Shown here: positions 7,459 to 14,810 of the stretch, piece by piece
How positions within the stretch are numbered: position 1 is the first letter of the stretch
Layout: every line of letters begins with the position of its first letter
Assembly: GCA_965232905.1 (NCBI GenBank)
Contig: OZ247432.1
Span: 238,996 to 302,995, forward strand
DNA from: Dehalococcoidia bacterium
Lineage (GTDB): Bacteria; Chloroflexota; Dehalococcoidia; Lucifugimonadales; UBA1123
Direction of reading: 5' to 3'
DNA: 64,000 nt
The notes under the pieces: model-generated
Told to the model about the DNA's origin: nothing
What the model saw: the letters and a program-made list of their open reading frames with translations, nothing else
The model's database searches: none
Program-made: the position numbers and the translations under genes

Positions 7459-10278
7459 TCACCGCAGCAGCGTTTCAAGTTCGTCTGGGAGCTGCTCAAC
7501 TTGATTGTCGCCCATCCGACTCCGGCCCGCAATGTCTGCGCTATTGAGCAGTGTTCTCATGGCCGCGTCCTCAACTTGTGCCCAGAACTCGGCCCTCGTG
7601 GTTGCGATCTCCTCGGCAAGCTCTGTGACTGCTGCGTGTCGTGAAGTCACTCCGGTTGCGAGGGTTACCGCCATGTCGTTCATGTGAGCAAGGCGAGCGG
7701 GCCACAGGTCGTCCGCCGCATTGAGCCGGCATTCTGCGACCGCGAGTGCGAACCGCTTTGATCCAAGCCGGTCTCTGTGGACCGATAAACGCCTGTGCAC
7801 TTCCAGTTCGAGTTCCTGTCTCACGTCCATAGGGGCCCACGTCTCGGAAGCTCCTATGTCTATCCGATAGCTGTGCCACAGCCCGTCGGACACGATGTCG
7901 AACCTTGTTTCATACCTGGTCCGATGGTCATCCAACTCCCTGGTTCTCCGCGCGACCCACTCGGAGACCATGCCTCTGACGAGATTAGGCGACTGAGTGG
8001 AGTCCATCATGCGAACACGCTCCGCGTAATGTGCCCGAGACTCACCTTCCACGATCGATTCATACTCAGCCATGGCACGTGATACCGACTCTCGCTGCCT
8101 CTCAGCATCGATCTGGATCTGTCTGAGTATCCTGTTGACCTCTGGATCCTCCACCGTCCCCCTGTCGGTCCTGTTCAGCCTGGTCAATTCAATCTGGCGA
8201 CTGGAAAACGCCAGAGGACCGTCGTTGATGTACACCGCCAACTTGGAGGTTCCGAAGGACCCCTGACGCGCGGTCCTACCTCTTATTTGCCGCTCCACCC
8301 TGACAGACTCCGGCAGGGACGTGATAAGCACGAAGAGCCCCAGGTCGGGGGACAGACTGTCCTCGACGATGAAGTCGGTGCCACGCCCTGCCATCCCTGT
8401 CGAGACTGTAACCGCCCCTAACTCGCCGCCACGGGCAACGACCTCGGATTCCAGCTCTGCGTTCTGCGCGTTGAGAAGCTGGTGGGCAATGGCACGCTCG
8501 TCAAGAGCGGAGCTAATGACGTCTGACTCCCGGACACTCCCCGTCGTGACAAGCACAGGTCGACCCGTGAAATGCCAGTAGCTGACCTGCTCCACAATCC
8601 ATGTTAGATGTTCGTCCTTGTCGAAAAACACCTCTGAGTCCAGGTCAACGCGTTTCGACGCGACCTCCGGCGGCACCCTGACCGTGGAGACCGCGTACTC
8701 GCCGGCAAAAGTGTCCGCCGCCTCCAGCGCAGTGCCGGTCAGGCCCGAGACGGTTTTGTAGTTCGACATGAGCGCCCTGATCGACGTGCGCGCCCTGGCA
8801 TCCGAGCGGCCCAGGAGCTCCAGCCCCTCCTTGGACTCCAGCGCCTCATGCAGGCCGTGCATGTACCGGTGGGACACCATTGGACGCCCGTCGAGTCTGT
8901 CAACGAGTGTGATCCCGTCCTGGGCGAGCACGTAGTCAACTCCAGGGTCATGTATGACACTCGCCCTCAGGGCCTGGACCACACCGAAAGCATCCAAGGG
9001 ACTGTCAACTTTCGTGAACACCTCATCCCAACCAGGTTCCGTGAGACGAATCGTTGACCGGTCTGGGTCGATGGCAAAGATCAGTTCCTTCTCCAAGGAG
9101 CTGCCTTCGTACTCGTCATTCAACCGTGACAGGTCACCGAAGACGCTTCGCGTGGAGATCCCCAGCCGGTCCAGTTCGGACACGAGCCTGTCGGTGAGTC
9201 CTCCCGCCAGCAGGATGGTTGCGAGAGTCTCTGGCAGGTCAGTATATTCAGACAGAGTTGCGTACAGCTCGTCGACATGCGCTGTCTGCCTGTCAACCAG
9301 TTCCGAAGCAAGTGCCTCGTGGTCCGCTCCTTGAGAGGCTTCAGACACCCGGTCGCCGGATATGATCAGTGGCGTTCTTGCCTGGTCGATGAGCAGGTGG
9401 TCAGCCTCATCAGCGATGGCGACATCGAAGACCGGGTTGACTCTGTGATCGAACGACGCAGCGACACTGTCACGCAGGTAGTCGAATCCAACTTCCCGCG
9501 CCGTGGTGAAGACAATCTGCGCCGCGTACTGGAACTGCCGTTCCTGCCGGTCCATCCCCTCAGTCACAAGTCCGACCGTCAATCCGAGGGACTCGAGAAC
9601 CGGAGCAAGTAGATCGCAGTCCCGAGTCGCGAGATAGTCATTTGCCGTAAGGATGTGAACGTTTCGACCGGACGCGGCAAAGATGGCTGCTGCCATAACC
9701 GAAGCAAGGGTCTTACCCTCCCCAGCGTCCATCTCCACGATAACCCCATGCAGTAGCAGCACTGCCGCCGTAAGCTGCTGCTCTGTGGGGGCGAACGACA
9801 GGGAATCAGAATCGTCAGCAGCCTCGAGTAGTTCGTAGACTTCGGCAGGCAACCTCACTTCCGTTGGGTGCTCTGTCGTCAACCTCGCCAGCATGTCCTC
9901 GAGTGCAGCGACAGCTCCCTCTTCAAGCGCGCCTGACTTGCCCTCACTGATGCCTGATCCCGGACTCCCGAGCGCAAGTTCCGCCTCATGCCTGATCTGC
10001 CTGATGGCCCCGTCCAGCTCATGAGGCTCAGAGGTAGCCGCACGCCAGGTCCCCAGGCGCCTTCGGACAGTGGTGTCAATCGCTCCAAGGCAGCTGGCGA
10101 GGAGTTTGTAGTCCAGGTGTTCCGCGAGTCCATCTGCTGACGTGTGAAGCATGGATTCGAGCTCCACATCAGATAACGATTCGCACCCAGCGTCCCTGGA
10201 CCGTCGAGCAAGTTCCACAGCCTCAGCTAGGCTGACCTCAGCCCTGGTGACACTGCTGTGCGTGCTCGATCGGTTCAC
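7459..10278 (-). CDS. divergent SecA-family ATPase (SecA paralogue, not a typical housekeeping SecA)
   Basis: ORF track 939 aa. The GTG start overlaps the upstream TGA (GTGA). SecA blocks appear in SecA order. They are Walker A EMDAGEGKTL (GEGKT = nt 9709-9723), NDYLATRD, FDYLRD and DEADHLLIDQARTPLIISG. These are followed by the PPXD-like VDYVL.QDGITLVDRLDGRPM..HRYMHGLHEALESKEG, GLTGTA, GMAGRGTDF and RGRTARQG. The N-terminus is about 80 aa longer than in E. coli SecA and unlike the canonical N-terminal motif. There is no C-terminal zinc-finger tail. Confidence 0.8.
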   Translation of the reverse strand: MNRSSTHSSVTRAEVSLAEAVELARRSRDAGCESLSDVELESMLHTSADGLAEHLDYKLLASCLGAIDTTVRRRLGTWRAATSEPHELDGAIRQIRHEAELALGSPGSGISEGKSGALEEGAVAALEDMLARLTTEHPTEVRLPAEVYELLEAADDSDSLSFAPTEQQLTAAVLLLHGVIVEMDAGEGKTLASVMAAAIFAASGRNVHILTANDYLATRDCDLLAPVLESLGLTVGLVTEGMDRQERQFQYAAQIVFTTAREVGFDYLRDSVAASFDHRVNPVFDVAIADEADHLLIDQARTPLIISGDRVSEASQGADHEALASELVDRQTAHVDELYATLSEYTDLPETLATILLAGGLTDRLVSELDRLGISTRSVFGDLSRLNDEYEGSSLEKELIFAIDPDRSTIRLTEPGWDEVFTKVDSPLDAFGVVQALRASVIHDPGVDYVLAQDGITLVDRLDGRPMVSHRYMHGLHEALESKEGLELLGRSDARARTSIRALMSNYKTVSGLTGTALEAADTFAGEYAVSTVRVPPEVASKRVDLDSEVFFDKDEHLTWIVEQVSYWHFTGRPVLVTTGSVRESDVISSALDERAIAHQLLNAQNAELESEVVARGGELGAVTVSTGMAGRGTDFIVEDSLSPDLGLFVLITSLPESVRVERQIRGRTARQGSFGTSKLAVYINDGPLAFSSRQIELTRLNRTDRGTVEDPEVNRILRQIQIDAERQRESVSRAMAEYESIVEGESRAHYAERVRMMDSTQSPNLVRGMVSEWVARRTRELDDHRTRYETRFDIVSDGLWHSYRIDIGASETWAPMDVRQELELEVHRRLSVHRDRLGSKRFALAVAECRLNAADDLWPARLAHMNDMAVTLATGVTSRHAAVTELAEEIATTRAEFWAQVEDAAMRTLLNSADIAGRSRMGDNQVEQLPDELETLLR

Positions 10279-11543
10279 TGTCGTTCCCGGAGGTCAACCA
10301 GGCTGTCGGACTTGCGAGTAGTGAGCAGCTCGGCGAGGGGACGGAGGTCAAAACGAATATCCAGAAAACCGCTCGACCATAGAAACTCGACGTCGGTGTT
10401 GTCTGCGAGCACTGACTTACGCAAAGAGTCCACTCTTTCGGCATTAGCATCCGAAAGCCGCAACGTGATCACTTCCTGGCGGTCTTCGCTGTGGAGCGTC
10501 ACCTGGAGTGGTCCTTCCAGCCCAGTCGCGTTCAGCGAGTTGAGCAATCCACCGTGGTGAACCTTGGACCCAAGTATCGATGCAAATGGCTCAGATCGTC
10601 CAAGTATCTCTACACGTGGGTCTTCAAGTCCGCAATCACAGCGTCCATCACGGAGCCGGACAAGGTCCCCAACCCGATACCTCAACAGCGGCAGCCCCCG
10701 CTGCTCCAGAGTCGTGACAATGAGCTCACCGACATCCTGCTGTTGCCCGTCCGAATCTATCTCGAAGAGGTGCCGGGAAGACATGAGGTGCACGCCGTTA
10801 TGAGAGCCACACTCGATACCGACAGCCGAGGTCTCGCTGGTGCCGTAGTACGAATAGACCTCTGCGCCAAGGGCATCGGCGATTCGCTGCCGGGTCATAT
10901 CGCTCATTCCCTCTCCGATGTATACGACGCTGCGAACGGACGCCATTGACGCGGAGGATTCGTTATCCAGTAGCCGCTGGACTATGGACGGAACACTGAT
11001 CAACACCGTCGGACGCAGGCGTTCAAGCAGAGGCAGCGTGTCTTCGAAGACGGTGCCGGTGCTTATGCAGTAAGACTCCAGCGTGCCCAGGATTTCACAC
11101 GCCCACGGGAACGACACCATCACCGCAGCAGGGTCAGTATCGACGCAGGCCACTCTGTCACTTCGATTCACACCTGCCACTGCCAGAAGTTTTGCCAGGA
11201 ACCTGTGCTCAGCCACGTTGTCGTCGTGCGTGATGAACCGGACCTTTCTCGTCCCTGAAGTTCCCGAGGACGTCTCCGTATCTACAATTGAATCAACTGA
11301 CTCCAACGCCTCGGTACTAAGCGAATGAAGGCCCTCAGACTCCAGTATCGGCATCTGACGAAGGATCTCCTGAGGATCATCGGAGAGTATGGCGTCTCTG
11401 GAGATGTCTTTTGATTCAAACAGGCGCTGGTACGTCGGAAAGCGGTCGAAGCAATGCAGCATCATCTCGCGCAACGCCGCAGACTCGGCACCGGATGGAT
11501 TGCCGAGCTTCCTGACGGTGGCCTCAGCGCGACGAGTGGTCAT
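10275..11543 (-). CDS. adenylate-forming enzyme, phenylacetate-CoA ligase / coenzyme F390 synthetase-like (COG1541 type)
   Basis: ORF track 422 aa, ATG start. Motifs TSSGTSGTRK (P-loop-like), YGTSE and RYRVGD occur in the order typical of PaaK-like ligases. It overlaps the upstream gene by 20 nt and the SecA-like gene by 4 nt. Confidence 0.75.
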   Translation of the reverse strand: MTTRRAEATVRKLGNPSGAESAALREMMLHCFDRFPTYQRLFESKDISRDAILSDDPQEILRQMPILESEGLHSLSTEALESVDSIVDTETSSGTSGTRKVRFITHDDNVAEHRFLAKLLAVAGVNRSDRVACVDTDPAAVMVSFPWACEILGTLESYCISTGTVFEDTLPLLERLRPTVLISVPSIVQRLLDNESSASMASVRSVVYIGEGMSDMTRQRIADALGAEVYSYYGTSETSAVGIECGSHNGVHLMSSRHLFEIDSDGQQQDVGELIVTTLEQRGLPLLRYRVGDLVRLRDGRCDCGLEDPRVEILGRSEPFASILGSKVHHGGLLNSLNATGLEGPLQVTLHSEDRQEVITLRLSDANAERVDSLRKSVLADNTDVEFLWSSGFLDIRFDLRPLAELLTTRKSDSLVDLRERQ

Positions 11544-12834
11544 TGAATCGGGTCCGCTTGGTCTCTATTGGGCGCCTCATAGAATCAGGATCGATGCCCG
11601 CCTTTAGTGCCGAGACAATTCCCGCAGCCTCCCAGTAGTTGTCAGCCGAAAAGAACTGTCCGGCTTGCCAGGGCAGGGCGGCGAGATCGTTTCTCATCAG
11701 GTTTCGATTCTCCCTGACCTCGATCACTGGTATGCCCTGATGTAGCGCAGCAAGCGTTGGGAGTCCCAGGCATCCCTCAGGAATGACGAGGCATGACACG
11801 TTCTCGGCCGTCAGCACATCCGCGTGCCTAAGTTCAGACTCATCCGTCACGATGCGCGGAGACCGCATGAGCCCCTTCAGTACCGACTGGAAGAAGGTGA
11901 TGGATATCACTTCGGCAGCCATGCGTGAGTCCACGATGCCCGGGTCCACAGCAGCTATGTCGTCCGACTCCATCATTGGCGCGTGAGCAGTCGGCACGTC
12001 GATGATCGAGGAGACGGCGTGCGTCAGAAGCGCCTCGACTCCGCCCCAGGGATTTACCATCTCACCGCCGCTCGTAAAGTAATCGAAGTGGTAGTGTTGC
12101 GGCACTTCGACCACGGACGCGACCGCAACCGCGTCATACGTGCCCTTCTTGTCGCTGAGGAGATCGATCAGCCCGTCGAATCCCTCCACTGAACCGGACG
12201 CGCGCCCGGTGGGCGTGTATCCGCCGACGAGTCTCAAGGCAGGTTCTATTCTCTCGATCCCGACGCAGTTCAGGCCGTATGTGGCTCTGGCTGCGTTGAT
12301 GGCGTTCACCGTGTAGGCTGCATAGCGCTCCACATGAGAGGCGTCCAGCGCGACTAGCACACGGTTTGCCCGTACTGGTCTGAGCCCCACGGTGCCCATG
12401 AGAAGACGGGCCAGGACGCTTCCCTCGACGTAGAGCCCATTTCCAGGCAACTCGTTTATATCCGAGGCGTTTACCACGTTCGGATGTGTAATCAGGGTAT
12501 CGGCGACCTGCGCAAGGGCAATCGCCGCAGGGGTTGCGTCTCCTGCGTGTCCTCCGACTTCAGCGCCGATCCCTGTTGGCACCACCATGACAACGTTAAA
12601 CCGTTCGTGCGCCTCGAATGACCGCTTTCGGAAGTCAAAGAGTGGGGATGGAGCATACGGAAAGTCTCCAGAAGACACGCCCAACTCGCAGTCCCAACCG
12701 ATGCTCCCGGACTTCGTGACCGCGAAACGGACAGGAATGTCTCCCTGTGGCAGGGCTCCTTCGACCTCTTCTCCGATCTCGCTGAAATCGAGCTTCCGGG
12801 GAGAAACGGACGCGGTGCGTTCAAGCAGGCGCAA
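11524..12834 (-). CDS. DUF3326-like protein
   Basis: ORF track 436 aa (TTG start; the true start may be further downstream). VVMVVPTGIGAEVGGHAGDATPAA...LITHPNVVNASDINELPGNGLYVEGS matches the conserved core of DUF3326 (PF11805) as I remember it. It has an N-terminal extension of about 80 aa relative to that core. Confidence 0.6.
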   Translation of the reverse strand: MRLLERTASVSPRKLDFSEIGEEVEGALPQGDIPVRFAVTKSGSIGWDCELGVSSGDFPYAPSPLFDFRKRSFEAHERFNVVMVVPTGIGAEVGGHAGDATPAAIALAQVADTLITHPNVVNASDINELPGNGLYVEGSVLARLLMGTVGLRPVRANRVLVALDASHVERYAAYTVNAINAARATYGLNCVGIERIEPALRLVGGYTPTGRASGSVEGFDGLIDLLSDKKGTYDAVAVASVVEVPQHYHFDYFTSGGEMVNPWGGVEALLTHAVSSIIDVPTAHAPMMESDDIAAVDPGIVDSRMAAEVISITFFQSVLKGLMRSPRIVTDESELRHADVLTAENVSCLVIPEGCLGLPTLAALHQGIPVIEVRENRNLMRNDLAALPWQAGQFFSADNYWEAAGIVSALKAGIDPDSMRRPIETKRTRFNDHSSR

Positions 12835-14020
12835 CTGCCGTCATCCCGTTTCTCAATGCGAAGTCCCTGTACTCGTACGACGCCGCCAATTGGAAGGAAC
12901 CGTCGTCACTCAAGAGGTAACTCGTTGGTGTGGGTATTCCATTGAACGGCGCCGCCCTGGAATGGCTGTATGATCCAGCATCCATGATTGCCACTCGTTC
13001 GCCTATACGTAAGGGATCCTGGAGGCTGTACCCGCCGAACACGTCACCGGCAAGGCAGGACCGGCCCGCGAGTATTGTCGAGATTTTGCCCCCCTGTGCG
13101 GGGCCCGCTAGCGAAGGAGTAAAGCCGTACTCAAACACCTCTGGCATGTGACTCGTAGTCGCGTCTATGACTACGACGCTCTTTCCGTCGCTTTCGAATA
13201 CGTCCAGGACCTCCGAGATGAGCATTCCCGCCTGCTGTACAAGTGCAGTACCAGGCTCGATGAACACCGTTACGCCAAACTGCTCAGCAAGTAGCCTCGT
13301 TGCCCTCTCCAGGGGTGCGGCATCTATGCCCGGGCCAAGGTAGTATCCCCCTCCGAGATTAACCCAAGACAGGTGTTCAAGATCACCCAGCGTGTCCTGT
13401 ATCGCCTCTACGGTGGCTTCGAGTTCTCCTAAGTCTTCCGACTCGCAGTTGCTGTGAATGTGGATGCCCTCGATTGTCTGACCATGCACCGAGGCATCTA
13501 GCAGCCCGCGGAAGTCGGAAACAGGAACGCCGAGCTTGGAGTGAGGTCGACAGGGGTCGTAACGCTCGTCGTCGGCGAATCCCAGTTCGGGGTTGACTCT
13601 CAGGCCGACGGACGCAGTTGAATGACCAAGGGACGTGGCCAGTTCGAGTTGGCTGAACGAGTTCATGGAAACATAGTCGGCTGTCACCAGAACATCAGCA
13701 AGTTCACCACGCGCGAATGCTGGAGAGTAGCAGTGAATTGACTGCTCGGTCGATGCCGTTCCGGCTGCAAGTCTTGCCTCGAATATGGAGCTCGTCCCGA
13801 ATCCGTCGACGTAGGGCGATAGGACGTCCAGCACTCCCGCCAGCCCACAGGGCTTGAGTGTGTACAGCAGCTTGCAGCCAGCGAAGGAAGCGACTGACCA
13901 AGCTAGGGACGCCGTTCTGCTGAGTACAGCCTCGGAGTACACGTACGCCGGCGTTTCTGGCGCGCCTAATGCGGTCTGCACCTCTGCCAAAATCAGTTCA
14001 TCGATGCCGGGATCGTCCAT
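12821..14020 (-). CDS. PLP-dependent decarboxylase, carboxynorspermidine/carboxyspermidine decarboxylase (NspC)-like
   Basis: ORF track 399 aa. Alanine-racemase-fold decarboxylase pattern: PAYVYSE, LYTLKP (candidate PLP Lys), HSKLG, NLGGGYY and RSCLAGDVFGGY. The CLAGD block is NspC-like rather than LysA/ODC-like. Confidence 0.7.
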   Translation of the reverse strand: MDDPGIDELILAEVQTALGAPETPAYVYSEAVLSRTASLAWSVASFAGCKLLYTLKPCGLAGVLDVLSPYVDGFGTSSIFEARLAAGTASTEQSIHCYSPAFARGELADVLVTADYVSMNSFSQLELATSLGHSTASVGLRVNPELGFADDERYDPCRPHSKLGVPVSDFRGLLDASVHGQTIEGIHIHSNCESEDLGELEATVEAIQDTLGDLEHLSWVNLGGGYYLGPGIDAAPLERATRLLAEQFGVTVFIEPGTALVQQAGMLISEVLDVFESDGKSVVVIDATTSHMPEVFEYGFTPSLAGPAQGGKISTILAGRSCLAGDVFGGYSLQDPLRIGERVAIMDAGSYSHSRAAPFNGIPTPTSYLLSDDGSFQLAASYEYRDFALRNGMTAVAPA

Positions 14021-14024
14021 GGCT

Positions 14025-14810
14025 TCAATGTAACACAGACACGGGAATTCCAGTGTCCAGGCGAATGACCGGCTGCACGCGACTGAAGTACGGCGTTATA
14101 GCCAGTGTCCCCCTGAGTGACTCTTCGATGTGGAATCTGTGGTGGTTTAGCTCGTAACTCCTGCACCCTGATCGGGCACCGAGAACGCCAAGCTCATTCT
14201 GGAGAAGCAGATCGACGTGGCGTTTGCCCTCCAGCACAGCATCACGTCCCACGGTAACCACTCCCGTCACCGAGGCTGGGAGTATCTGAATGTCCAGGCC
14301 TGATGACAGCGCAACTAGTGTGTCTGGTCCGAACGTGTTGAAAAGGTCGCCCAATCGGTCTGTCGCATCCTCTGTTATCAGGTGTGCGCGAACACCCATG
14401 CGAACGAAGACCGCACACACTTCCGCCCCGAAGTGACGTCGCTCGCCCTCAGCAACAACCAGCGCGCTTGAAACACGTGCTTCGTCCGGCAACGCTTGGT
14501 TCAGCGCTTCGGCCATAAGGTCGACTCGAACTTTCGCCTCTGCCGGACCTTCCGCAATCGGAACCCGGTGAGGAGACTGCCCCAGCCATGGCCCGGGTAT
14601 CCACTCAATCCCTCCAGGATCGGCGACAACCGACCCAAAAGCCTGAGCGCGGTACTTTTCGACCAAAGTGAACGGGAGAGTCTCGAAGTCGGCAACTGAG
14701 AGAACAGGCCTGTCTCCCAGCTTTCCACTCCAGAATTGGGTATTGCGTGAGGCGACAACAGCCTCTGACAGGAATTGAACGTAGTTGCTCGGCCTCGTCC
14801 GACTAGTCAT
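14025..14810 (-). CDS. degenerate PaaK-like protein lacking the adenylation motifs
   Basis: ORF track 261 aa. The ATG overlaps the upstream TGA (ATGA). The N-terminus (FWSGKLGD..SVADFETLPFTLVEKYR) and the C-terminal LAITPYFSRVQPVIRLDTG resemble PaaK-type ligases. No SSGT(S/T)G or YGTSE motif is present, and the C-terminal subdomain is missing. Confidence 0.45.
   Translation of the reverse strand: MTSRTRPSNYVQFLSEAVVASRNTQFWSGKLGDRPVLSVADFETLPFTLVEKYRAQAFGSVVADPGGIEWIPGPWLGQSPHRVPIAEGPAEAKVRVDLMAEALNQALPDEARVSSALVVAEGERRHFGAEVCAVFVRMGVRAHLITEDATDRLGDLFNTFGPDTLVALSSGLDIQILPASVTGVVTVGRDAVLEGKRHVDLLLQNELGVLGARSGCRSYELNHHRFHIEESLRGTLAITPYFSRVQPVIRLDTGIPVSVLH

Noticed and set aside
7459-10278. Interpretation as a classical accessory Sec (SecA2/SecY2) locus
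   Set aside because: There are no SecY2, Asp1-3 or glycosyltransferase genes anywhere in the operon or its flanks, and the enzyme set is entirely different.
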